Shown here: one piece after another, positions 26,681 through 38,469 of the stretch
How the letters are laid out: each line of letters begins with the position of its first letter
Position numbering within the stretch: position 1 is the stretch's first letter
Assembly (NCBI RefSeq): GCF_009834535.1
Contig: NC_045697.1
Coordinates: 100,876,001-100,940,000, forward strand
Direction of reading: 5' to 3'
Length of the DNA stretch: 64,000 nt
Source of the DNA: Camelus ferus
Taxonomy: Eukaryota
The notes under the pieces: model-generated
Databases searched by the model: none
Told to the model about the DNA's origin: nothing
What the model saw: only the letters and a program-made list of their open reading frames with translations
Position numbers and translations under genes: made by a program

Positions 26681-28202
26681 TTCAGGAATGTGCTTTTTTG
26701 TCTTTTCTGGTTCAAATCAAATCAGCCTCCTCTCATTAGAGACTGCTGGTTTTCATGGCCTGCTTTGGCCCTGGCAAAACTGTGCTGACAGAGCTGGGGC
26801 TGATGGGAGGAACTCTTGGCAAAAATGCCACACGGTCCAACTGACTTATCCAATGTTCACTAGTTTTTCATAAATAAATGCTTCTGAATTTGTTGTGGAC
26901 AAATACTAATTCTTAGTCCTGTAATGGTTATTTTGGAAAATTCTGTCCAATTGTAATGCTGCTTTTTGGAGAGAGGGTCTGCCAAGCTGCTCACCTTCTC
27001 GTTCTGGAAGTTTCACTCCCATCTGTGTGAAAACTTCTGGGTTTAGATGTAGCCTAAGAACTCCCTGAGGAAAAGCACCTGCCCTCTGCATATACCAGAT
27101 GGCCTGGTAAGCTCCCCTGGTAACAGTGATGAAGGTATCAGGTTCCCACTTTTGATAATAATTTTCACAGGAATACAGAGTGGCACTATTTTCTAGGTGT
27201 GTATATGAGCAATTTTATTCCTCTTTCTCCCAGTGAATTGCAAATTAAGCATTAGTGTGCAGATGAAATATTTAGTTTTACAAGGATGTGTTTTTTCTTT
27301 ATGTATAAGAAACAGTTACCTTTTATTCTACCATGTATTTCTGGGCATCCTTCACACAAAATTTTAAATAATTCTATGTTTACTATAGATAAGAAAATGA
27401 ATTTAGTTTGAACTTTATACTCAGTCTCTTCTTTATCTCGCTAGCATGAAAAGGGCTCTCTCTTTAGTAAAATTCTCATTTTTTTTCCCACTGTGATGTG
27501 AGATTTCCAATATCCTCATGTAGCCTTTAAAAGTGCTAACACCAGAACGGTTAAAATTTGGAGGACTTCTGATTGAAATGATTTGCCCATAGGATACAGT
27601 TCTTCTGTTGGAGGTCTATTCTACACACCATCACTTAATTCTTAATTATTTCTGATATTTTGCATCATACACTGACCTTCAGAGCTATTTATTTAAAACT
27701 ATTCTCAGAAATATCAATCTCGGAGTAAACTGTCAAAAATAATTGAGAAAAAAGTGGTCGTCTATGCCCTTGACATAGGAACCCATCTTTTCTAAAATGT
27801 TACTGCTTTTAACAGAATTTACTATAAAGTCATCTCAAGAATTATGACACTATTAACCAAATGATTCCAGCAAAAGTAAAAACATCCAGGGCTTTAAATT
27901 AGACAGTAATAAAGGGAAAGTGGCTTTCTCATGCCTCCTATTATTTTGAATTCCTCGTATTTCACAGGGTAGCATCCCCAAACTCACCTCACCGCAACAC
28001 GATTTACAAACATCTGTGAGACTTCTAGGAGCTTTTCCCAGTCTTCCCTAGTCATGTTACCGACACTTAATTCTCAGCAGAAAGGAAAAGAGAACAAAAG
28101 AAACATGTCCAAACCAAACCTTAATTCTCCTTGGCTCCTTTGTCAGGGGTTAATTAAAAATATCTCACAAAGCTTGGTCTTTAGGAAATGGATACCACTT
28201 AC

Positions 28203-28320
28203 CGCCTTCCTGTGATCGCCGGCAAGACATCATTGGATTTGGCTTCAATTATTTTAAATGCGACTTTCTTCAAATCTGAAATGCCAACAGCCATGTCCTC
28301 TAGCATTCCAATTTCATCAC
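28203..28320 (-). CDS. INPP4B: INPP4B coding exon (118 nt, phase 1-2)
   Basis: cttgtttag|GT GAT GAA...GGA AGG CG|gtaagt. Translates (S)[38 protein letters not shown](R). Confidence 0.96.
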
Positions 28321-28755
28321 CTAAACAAGGGAAAGGAGCCTGGTTACAAACACACTATCTGAAGAAAATGTCACTGGGTACCACACCTCCCTGCCGGAAT
28401 GCGTTCTAACATTTTAGTGAATGAGTTTCTCAGTGCAGTGAAGTCATTCTGAATACCTTCCCTCAGAGCCTGAAGGTTTTCATCGGTGACATAAAAACCA
28501 CTTCAATAGACTCCAGCAGTCTGTGTACCCTTTGAGGGAACGAAAGAGGTATACCTTTTGCTGGAAGGCTAGAGAGAAGTTTTAATTCTTACACGACATA
28601 AAGCATCATGCAGATCTTTTTCCACTGGCAGGACTGACATTTGATTTCTAGAAATAATAGACACGGCTGAACTGAAGATCACTGACCCAGGCTCATGCTA
28701 GTTTTATACCTCAACACACTGAGAAAGAAGGAGGTAATTAAGCAAGATTCTAGAT

Positions 28756-29074
28756 CAGCCCTGTACAACAGAAATGTGATATGAGTCACATATATAATTG
28801 AAAATTTCCTGGTTGTCACATTTTTTTAAGGAGTACAATTTTAAAGGTGAGATTAACTTTAATAATCTATTTTCCTTTAGCCCAATATATCTGAAATAGC
28901 ATTCAATATATGCAATTACAATATACAATTATTAATCATTCATTAATTATTCATATAAAACTCTTTTCCACTAGTCTTTGAAACCTGGTGTGTGCGTCCA
29001 GTAACATATTGATTTGGACCAGATACATCTCAGGTGCTCAACAGCCACACCAAGCTATGCACTGAATAGGGCAG
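28756..29074 (+). mobile_element. MER33-like hAT-Charlie MITE with 8-bp TSD
   Basis: Termini CAGCCCTGT...ATAGGGCAG. Flanks TTCTAGAT (28748-28755) and TTCTAGAC (29075-29082) match the NTCTAGAN Charlie target. Confidence 0.82.
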
Positions 29075-29392
29075 TTCTAGACATTAGAGAGTTGGGACTT
29101 TAAAAATCAAGTCCTTGAAGCTGCGTTGGCAAAAGCCTTTTATATTTAAAAAGCCAGACGGCTGCTCAGGACTCCACTGTGAAATAATCTAATTCCATTT
29201 TCAAAACATACTGCAGGTAAAAGCACAGCTACAAGGGGAACGAACACAAAGAATGAAAGTTACATTCTTTCTCTAACGCTTGATGCAAGGGAGGGTTACT
29301 TCTCATTTTTATGACGAACTGAAGAATCTATGCTTCCGGTATCTTTATGAATAGGAAATTATCATTTTAACGTGGACTAAAGCAATACTCAC

Positions 29393-29516
29393 TGTATGTA
29401 CTTAGCAGGCCTTCGTACTGTACTAGCAACCCCACCGTGTGAAGCTGCTCTAGGAAGCCAGGGTCATGCAAACTCGTGTGCAATTTGATGATAAAACCAC
29501 AGACTAATCCAGCAAG
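29393..29516 (-). CDS. INPP4B: INPP4B coding exon (124 nt, phase 0-1)
   Basis: T-rich tract tttttcag|CTT GCT GGA...ACA TAC A|gtgagt. Translates [41 protein letters not shown](S). Confidence 0.96.
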
Positions 29517-29689
29517 CTGAAAAAAAAAAAAGAAATTTCTGGAGTCAGCAAACTTTAATTGAAAAATAGTTAAGGCTTTTGAGGCACCACAGATTTAATT
29601 AGAAATTTTTCCAGTATGCGTAACAAAAGTAGAAATCTTTTTATCCCCTTTGAAACCTACAGACTGCCTTTGATGGAGTTCGGCTTGGG

Positions 29690-29940
29690 AAAGGCAGCAT
29701 TGTGAAAGGGGAAAGACTGTGGATTCTGGAAGCTGCAAATCCTGTCCCTACCACTTCTAAGCAGCAAAACCATACAATGCTGTTTAACACTCCCAAATCT
29801 TTTTCTTCTTATTATTTCCTTGTACCTGTAGAATAGAGACAAAAGTCCTCATTTCACAGGGTCATTGAAGGGACACAGTGGAGAAATGTGTACAGGACAG
29901 AGCATCTTGTCTGATGCACTGTCAGCTCCATTTGTCACTG
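29690..29940 (+). mobile_element. MIR SINE, degenerate
   Basis: AGGCAGCATTGTG...CAAATCCTG...ACCACTT...CTCATTTCACAGGGTCATTGAAGGGA MIR-like layout. Confidence 0.55.
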
Positions 29941-30671
29941 GAACATCCATGAAACAGTCGGGGGCCAGAACAGTTTGGTTAAAATATTCCTGTTGCCTGC
30001 CATGTTTCGGAAGATAGGCTTCTGTCTCTCTCCCTCCATGTGATTGTCTATAAAACTCAATCATGGGTGGAGGCAGAAGGGGAGAAAGAGCACAGCCTTC
30101 ATGATGGAGGCCAGCCTCGGTGTCACGGGCTAGGGTTGGGTGTGGGTAGGCAAAGAAGGTGGTCCTGTCAGACCTCCCATTCAAGCCTTACTGCCCAGAA
30201 AACTTGTTTTCTAAACAACAAAACAACAGATCATTATGAGGCCCTGTCCTGGGATTCATGAGGGAGCTGTACAAATGGAGACTGCAAACAGATCCCTTTT
30301 GCCAGTCGGTCCCAGCTGCCATCTGCAGTGCAAGGCAGCCACCCTTTCCCATCTGCACCCTGCCCGGTGCAGAGACCCCCAGGCACAATACAAGGACAGG
30401 ACAGAGGACCACATCCTTCACAGACCCTCTGCCCTGTGAAACCGAATGGACACTTCAGAGACTTGGCCACCTCTTTGCAGAAATAAATACTTAAGTTCTC
30501 ATTAACTGGCTCCTATTTATTATAAGAAAAGCTAGGTACCGAAACTTTAAGAAAAGGATCCCTTAAAAAAAAAACAAAAAAACACTACCAAAAGAAGACC
30601 TCTATCCTGACCAAGGATGCTATCTGACAACCCATCACTGTGCTGGGCTCACAAGAAGAAGAGGCACCTAC

Positions 30672-30844
30672 TGCTTGGCTGAAGACGACGTCTCTTCTCA
30701 GCGTCAGCACCAAATACTGGGGCAGGCTATACGCCAGCTCCTGAAGGAGCACGAACGTCAGGGACTGCTTGGCTCGATTCACCACCTCTCCCATGCAGTC
30801 CTTCAGGGTGAGGATGAGGGGATACAACTGTTCATACCAGTCCT
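30672..30844 (-). CDS. INPP4B: INPP4B coding exon (173 nt, phase 1-0)
   Basis: tcccctgcag|AG GAC TGG...CAA GCA|gtaggt. Translates (E)[57 protein letters not shown]; inside ORF 30585..30917. Confidence 0.96.
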
Positions 30845-30959
30845 CTGCAGGGGAGGAAGGGGGCATGAGAAGAGCAGGACAGATGAAGGAAGGTCTTGGA
30901 GGATAGAACCAATTCACTATTCTTTTTCAGCAAAATTTTACACATTATTAAGGAGTCAC

Positions 30960-31950
30960 AAAGGTTAGATTTGGACATCTCTGATTCAGAGTTCTCCTCT
31001 GAACTCCAGGTGTCTATAATCAGCCACCCACTGGATCTCTCCACTTGGTGTATTTAACTCATTTAGAGTAGAACTCCTCCCTCCTCTCTGCTCATCTCTA
31101 ATCTCTGCACTGCCTGTATCTTAGTGGATGGCACCACCCAACACTTCCCATGCTGGAAACAAGTTCCCCTGGACTTCTTCTATAGTCTTCACACTTACTG
31201 GGTCATTAAATTCGTTCTACCACCGTAGTAAACCACCATACACTCATCTTCCCCTTGCCCTCTCCCATCAGCGTTTATCCATCTCCCTTGGACCACCTTC
31301 TATTCCGCTCCATAACTGAATCCCCTTACCCCCGCCTCCAGTCTCAACAGAGTGGCTACAGGGAGCTTTCTAATCAGTTTGGACCCCATCCCATCACTCA
31401 TGCCCTTGCTTCCTTACTTAAATTATTTTAAAAACACCAAAGCATTCAGAACGAAGTCCAAAAGCATGAAAGATCCTTCATTATCTGACCTCTGCCTACT
31501 TGCATGGTCTCATCTCTCAGGACTTCTTCACTGGCAGCCTTGAGTCCCAGGAGGGCTGAACAGCACGGATTTCCCCAAAACCATTCTGCTCTCTCATCTC
31601 AGTGTCTTTGCAAATCCTATCACCAATCCCGGAGCCCCTTCCTCTCCTCTTCCTGACAAACACTGTATCTTCTCTGCAGGCTCCATGAAGGATTTCTGTC
31701 TTCCAGGAAGTCTTCATTTCCTCCCTGACCCTGTCTCCTCCCCGCATTTACTAAAGTTGGGGTCGAGCTCACGTTCTTTTGTGCTCACAGCTCCTAGCTC
31801 TTACTGCTCTAGAACTGTCCACACACTGCTCTGTAAGAAAGGAAGCTCACTGAGCACAAGGAATTCCTGTTGAAATCACTGTATCTCCAGTACCTCACGC
31901 AGTGTCTTACATACAGCAGATATTCAATCAGTTTTTAATTGAATGAGTAA
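30960..31950 (+). mobile_element. L2 LINE 3' portion
   Basis: Pyrimidine-rich L2-like body (CTGGATCTCTCCACTTGG) ending GCAGTGTCTTACATACAGCAGATATTCAAT...TTGAATGAGTAAA. Confidence 0.7.
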
Positions 31951-33013
31951 AGAGACAATAAATACAGCAAAAATCTTTTAAGCTACAGACAAGTATAAGA
32001 AAATCAAGTTTTGGACAGGATTCGGAATATGAGTAGCTTTCCTTCAAATTGAGATACAGAATTGAAACCATCTGTGCTTTTTGTATGTCTAGATATTTAA
32101 CATGTTTCAATTATACAATTATGGCTTTGGCATATGATATAGAAACAAGTTATATTCTATTTCAGTTTATTTGGAAATCAAAGCCCTGACAAACGCCAAA
32201 TATTATAAATTCCAGACTGTGTGATATTCCATTAATGTAAAAATAAATGAACAGTAGTATGACAAATACAAATACGCTTTGATAGAAATGAGTGCACGCT
32301 GAAAAGTTGATTACGAGTCAAGATCTGAAATGATTTGACCTTGTCAGTACGGAAGTGTAAGCGTCATTGTGAGTGATGTGAACGGTCAGTACTCAGTTAA
32401 GACCCTGGAAGAGGGAACGATGAAAAGAATCACCATCACTGTTTACCACCTTGACTGTCACTTACTTATCTTATGTTGTGGTATAATAGATTAGATGAAA
32501 CAAACCAAAATAGGCGAAAGGATAACTAGTGATTCCAACTTAAAAAAAAGATCGGCTCTTGTTAATACTGCATGTAAATGCCTGTGTGATGCTACAATGC
32601 AAAATACATTAGGAACATTAGGAGTTATTATTTTTAAATATTGTAGAATGAGGTGTTATGATAGGAATAAAAAAAAAACACTAGAGAAAAGAGAATTCAA
32701 AGAAGGCCTATTAAGTCTGTAATCATTTAATAAAGGACTCACTTGTGGGCAGCCTAGGATGAAATACGAACAATGGTTCAGTTGAAACAAGCATTGGATA
32801 ACTATTGATTTTTATGTCATTAGTAAATGTAAGAAAGGGCGAACGGAGGTACATCAGACTTATTTTCAGAATCAAAGACACATCAGTAGATACAACAAAG
32901 GAATACTCGATATTTCTATTTTGTTTCACATGTGCATTCTTTTATCTCTCATTTTCTCCCACTCTCTTACTCAATTCTTGTTCTCAGTGTGAATGGCACC
33001 CTCTCGCTCTCTT

Positions 33014-33044
33014 GCGCGCGCGCGCGCGCACACACACACACACA
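33014..33044. repeat. (GC)8(AC)7 compound microsatellite
   Basis: gcgcgcgcgcgcgcgcacacacacacacaca seen directly. Confidence 0.95.
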
Positions 33045-33183
33045 GAAGAAAAACAAACATTTCAACAAATTGACCCAGAGATAGATCTTAAAAGATAACG
33101 GACTGCAAACCAAGCCTGTTTTGTGCTTAATTCTGCAGAGATCAGTTTCTCCTTAAGAATTCTCCAACATAAAAGAAAGCTTG

Positions 33184-33202
33184 TGTGCAGCAGGTGGCGC
33201 TG
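33184..33202 (+). promoter_or_regulatory. Candidate CTCF site
   Basis: GCAGCAGGTGGCGCT (33187-33201) matches the CTCF core CCASYAGRKGGCRSY at 14/15 positions, with neighbouring CpGs retained. Confidence 0.55.
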
Positions 33203-34396
33203 CTTTACCGGCTGAAGCAGGACTACGCGCTCACTTACTCCAGGTAGCTGATTTACACTTTTTTAATTCACTTTTGTAGTTTCCAAATGTTGTCTAGGCA
33301 CCTTGCATCCGACTCCCCTGGGGCAAGTGGTCAATAATTTGGGCAAGAGTGTAATAAAGTCCTTTCTAGTTAGAAAATGGACAATTAACTTAATTATTTT
33401 TCCCTTGGAACACACTAAGTGACAGCTCAAATTAATTATAGCTGATGGTTTTTCTTGAGGGTCTCTAAGAAAGAAATCTTCACGCATTTCTTCATTAGCA
33501 ACAGGATACTTTCTTTACTCCTTTCCAAAGCTACCATCACACTTACTTGACCATTTGATTCTTAATCAGAAATTACACTGAGATTTAAAAAAGAGAGTGG
33601 TTTCTAGTCCTACTAGAATAAAACTGAGAACATGGGAAAAAAAAATACACTGATATTCTAAACCTAGGAGTATTGTTAGATAACTGCCTGACACTAACAA
33701 TATTCCAGTGTCTCCAGGTATAATAGCACATACCTTTTATGGCTAAAATTTAAGGAAAATGACAATGCAAGAAGACATAAATTATGAGTGAGAAAATTAC
33801 AAGTTTGTGAGCAAGGTCGAATGTCATAAAGATAGTTGTAAGCTTCCTATAAAGAAACATATGTGAGCAAGCTAAAAATACATGCTTTTTTCCTAGAAAA
33901 GAAACAATTTAAGTTCAGCAGAAAAAGGAAAACCTCACTGGCAAATGCAAACTGCGATGACTGCAGGTTTTGTTCCCGGTTAATATTCGCTCAGTGTAAA
34001 TCTCAGGTTCTGAAATAGACACAACGGAGTGTGACGGGCCAAAGAAAGACCCAGGTCAGTTCATAAGCGGCCTTTTTGCTCCACTGAGCACCCAAATCAC
34101 TCTCACAGTAGAACAGCAAATGCTTTAGTTTTCTCTTTAAAAATATTTTTGGGGGACAACAACGAAAAAAAAGCTGCCGCTCTTGATAGTCCTGAGGCCG
34201 CTGCCACTTCCTTCTCCGCTTCCTGTCTCTCCATACTTCACGACGTCCATGCTGTTTATCTTGTCCTTTTGGTCAAGCCATTTTCTGGGGGAGGAAGACG
34301 GCGGTCATTCTGCATTATCTAGTCAAAGGAAGAAATCTGGAAGTGCACAAGTCCACTCTGGTGAGTTCAGGTTCCTCAAGTTTCAAGGAGATTTTT

Positions 34397-34438
34397 ACAC
34401 ACACACACACACACACGCACACACGCACACACGCACAC
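34397..34438. repeat. (CA)n microsatellite with CG interruptions
   Basis: Seen directly. Confidence 0.95.
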
Positions 34439-35565
34439 TCCTGGTGTACCCAGGGACACTGGTAGCTAAGGGCTCGCCACAACACCTCTGACAGAGGCTC
34501 ACAGTCGAGCAGGCACTTAAGTGCCCACATCGTTGATTCTATCTCCTTGGGCTCTTTTCAGTGACGGAGGAAAATACGAAGAGCATGTTTTAGTGTCTCT
34601 ATAAAAACATGCTGAGAACGCCTTAACCCTGAGACCAACAAGCAGAGTCTTTCCTCAGGAAAGCGTGAAATGCGTGCGGCTTAGCTGAGCTTTTCCTGAG
34701 CTTTGTGACGTGCGCTGGAAGCCACCCAAGCAGGGCCTGTTTTCCAGCCCTAGACTCGCTTCTCTAACGTATTCAAGTGAGTTCACTGAGGGATTCAGAG
34801 AGCGGCTGCCGGCGCCCCCCTCACCTCCTCCACACACCATCTATTTCCTGTACAGGATGTTCACGTCCTCTGAGCTCAACGTCTCTTATGTGGCTCAGGA
34901 GGGAAATAAAAGAGCCAAACACCAACCAACTGGAGCAGAGCATAATGCTTTCTTTCCAATTTCTGAGCCATTTTCTTCTTAGGTGCTTGGTCTCCTTTGC
35001 TCATTTAAAATAATTAACTTCACAGAAGCTTGTAGCCATTGTTATTTCTGTTATCACAACTTTTCAGACATAGGGAAAAAAAGAAAAAGAAAAGCTGAAG
35101 GCTTGCATGCCCATGAAACTTTATGCAAAGAGATAGGAGAAGAAATGAGCCCAGCTCTCAGGACCTGCCTAAGTTAAGAAGATGACGAACTGTGAAGCTG
35201 AACAATCAGAATGGTCTTTAAGGAGGAGGATACCATTTCCAGGATGGTGAGAGGAGCAGAGACCAGTCCCAGGGCTGGCAGGGCTTCTATACGATGCTCG
35301 GACCTCAGGTAGTACAGAACTAGCAGTGGGCTCAAGGCTGGGGGCTGGGAGTGGGGCCATCACGTCCTGCCCATAGAGTCCTGGTTGGTTTTGAAGACCC
35401 TCCACCCTACATCAACTTACATATGGCTACCTACGTGCCCCTCTGTCTTTTGGGTACAATTTTACAATGTGGACATCAGCACTTGGAGGGTCAACTAGTG
35501 ATAAGGCTTCCTCTCCAGCTACCTTACAGATCGACTCCTTCGTATGATACACACGGCCAACTTCG

Positions 35566-35630
35566 GTCACAGACCCTAGACCCTAGTCATAGACCCTAGA
35601 CCCCAGTCACATCTCCTAGACCCTAGACAC
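35566..35630. repeat. 20-bp minisatellite x3 built on AGACCCT
   Basis: gtcacagaccctagacccta / gtcatagaccctagacccca / gtcacatctcctagacccta / gacac. Confidence 0.85.
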
Positions 35631-35944
35631 CAGGCCACAGGAGGCCTCCAAGTATCAGCCATGTCCCAGGGATAGATGACACAGAAAGGAGGCTGATCCA
35701 GACAACAAATGAGTAAGCAAGAGGGAAAAAAGCACATTCTGAGGCTGGGCTGCCTAGAATGACTCCCACAGCCACTCAGAATGTCCACTCTCAAGTCCTC
35801 CCAACTCCTCACCCATCTTTATGATCCATCTCCTTGCTCTGGTCCAGGACTTTTTAAAAATCTGCATTTGTCTTTCTTCAGCAAATGCTAACCTGTCTTC
35901 CTTATATCAATTTCCATCTTCTTTCATTGCCATCATAAGAAATA

Positions 35945-36131
35945 TAGTTGTTCTTTGGTATCCATGGAGAATTGGTTCCAGGACCCCTTGTGAAAACCAA
36001 CATCCACAGATGCTCAAGTCTATTCTATAAAATGGTACAGTACAGCCATCTCTCCCTATCTGAAGGTTCCACATCTGGGGATTCAACCAACGGTGGATGT
36101 GAAACCTGCGGATGTGCAGGGACTGACTGCA
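35945..36131 (+). mobile_element. Tigger2/MER2-like TcMar MITE
   Basis: AGTTGTTCTTTGGTATCCATGG...TTGGTTCCAGGACCCC...CACAGATGCTCAAGTC and inverted end GCGGATGTGCAGGGACTGACTG. Confidence 0.8.
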
Positions 36132-38119
36132 TACTCACTTGTTAGCCACACAGAACCTGAGATGTGAGGTCCTATGGGTGATACTCATATTAAAACTCAT
36201 GGCCCCTACCCTCAAGAAGCTTAAAATATAGAAGAGAAAATAAGAGGTGTAAAGTAATACCTATAATATAAGGAGGGTAAGATCATTGCTATAAAAGTTG
36301 GGACGGTGACAAAACACCTCCGGGGGTGAACAGTTTAGAGGCAAGAGATTGCATCTCCGGTGAGAAGATCATATTCATTCACGGCTGTGTGGTTCACTGA
36401 ACACCTGAAGGAAGGCCCGTGCAAAGGGAGTTCAGCGAAGCTGCAAGGTGTGTGGGGAGTGAACATCCCCATCAGAGCGAGCCTTTGCAGGAACAGAATC
36501 TGGGAGCGATGTTTGGTGTGATGAGGCTGAGTGCCGTGAAGAGAAGCTGTGAGGAGGTCAGAAGGGGGACTGGAGGGGAGAGGGAAGGGACTAGATGACT
36601 CAAGGACTTGGAAAAGGCAGGAGTAAAGGGGAAATAAATGTTGAGTCTGAAGCTATGGGAAAAACCAGTGGAAAACCAGGTGGGCAGTCACCACAGCAGG
36701 CATAGGGCTGAGTATGTAGCACTGGGGAGAGAAACAGGAAGGTGCAGCATGTGAGTGAGCAGAGAGCCCACAGTTAAGCAGCAGAGCCAAATCTAGAAAT
36801 AATGGGTATCAGGGACGGCAAGGTTTACGGCAGGGAGGCAGGTCACAAATGAATGCTGTACCTTCCTTTGCCTCTACCTAAGAGCAGTCTTAAAGGCCCC
36901 AAGGGTGTTCACACAAAGGACACTCCTGTATGTTCAAATGTGATCATCCTGGTGCCCAGGGGACTATGATCCAAGGTACGTGACAATCTTGGCACCTTCC
37001 GGATGTACGCGAAATGAGTGCACTGCTCAACTCCAGGCGAACTGTTAGGAGAAGAACAAAGGCAACTTCTTCTCATGTCAAAGGAACCTTGTTTAAGTCC
37101 TGCCAGGTGGAGAGCAGTGTCCTAAAACCTTCCAGTCCTGCTCTCAGAAAAATAGCAAAGGAAATGCATCAACTGATATCCTGGTTAAACTTCTCATTTC
37201 AAAGCACAAAGCTGAAAGCCTTAAGTAAATTCTGCTAAGACAGTTTCCAGGAACTAAATCCATTCATCAAATAGGTTGTAGCACAAAAGTTTTGGACCAC
37301 GGTTATGCTGGGCAGGGAAGAGCCTCATACTCATATTCATCGGGCTTATTTTGTCTTTTGGCTTCAAAAGAACTGTAACCTCAGGACTCTGACCTATAAA
37401 TATGCTGAGCACTGAAGACTAAGTGCGTGGCTCATAGGTCACTGGTCAACCTGAAATCGCCAATACATCTGCATCACAGAGCTCTTGTCATTTAAATTTG
37501 GCCCAGTTTCTAAAATTGAGAAAAGTGATGAATTTGAGTTGATTGAAGCCTGATCAGAGCACAGACATCCAGAGGCCAGAAGAGGAGATACATTTCTATC
37601 CTGAAGTGAACTAGGAGAGTGCAGTAGTTTCCTAGAAAAGTTCAATATAGTGCACCCTTTAAAAAAATTATTTCTACAACTACAACAAAGCCTCACATAA
37701 ATAAATTTAACTTACAAGTGCTGAGTAGGTAGGCAAGTGACCAAACATAATGTGAACAGTACCATTTCTCATTCTTTTCAATAATTATAAGCCCCAAAGT
37801 TCCCACGTGGGAGATCTGAATCTTTTTTCTTTGTCCATCTCAGTTTCCCTGTAGGTGTGAATATCATCAGATTTATGAGAATGCTAAGTAACTTTTCAGT
37901 TGTAACTATGAATACGTGGCAATTCTCAGTTTTTGCAAAAGGTACGTTTCCACAGTAAACCTTTAAGAGACACCAAGGGGATTGATTTTCATGAAGTTAT
38001 CTCATAATATCGCCAATTTGTGACTGATAAAACTTAACATTTCGTTAAAAGCATGATAGCAAAAAATTATCTGCACAGAGTTAAGATTAGAGATGTTTTT
38101 TTCCTGGAAAGAACAGCAG

Positions 38120-38350
38120 TGCCGCAAGCTGGGTGAGAGGGACAGGCTCTCCACTCAGACCCCAGGGCTGGAATCCAGGCTTTGCCACTGGACTAGGCGT
38201 GAAAGTGCACAGCTAACTTCAACCCTCCACTTCTTTGTCTGTTAAACGTGTAGAGTTACTCCTATGATTGTTGCAAGAATGAAATAATAAAGGCAGTATT
38301 TTAGAAACAACTTTTAGCCCAGATTAAGCAACCCCAAACTGTTAGCTACT
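38120..38350 (+). mobile_element. MIR SINE
   Basis: GAATCCAGGCTTTGCCACT...GTGAAA...CTTCTTTGTCTGTTAAA...GATTGTTGCAAGAATGAAAT. Confidence 0.6.
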
Positions 38351-38469
38351 ATCTTTAAAATAGTTGAAACAAACATAATTTGCACATGGTACCCAATATC
38401 TGTCCACTTACCAGCATTTATTTCTTACACTTTTCCTTCTATTCTATTTCGGAGGATGAACTATTTGTT

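Noticed and set aside
29849..30494. Six overlapping ORFs in a GC-richer intron patch
   Set aside because: Stop-poor because of composition. No similarity to INPP4B or any family I recognise, and the flanking exons already splice in frame.
35566..35630. CRISPR-like or telomeric array
   Set aside because: Units are directly tandem with no unique spacers, and the motif is TAGGGTC rather than TTAGGG.
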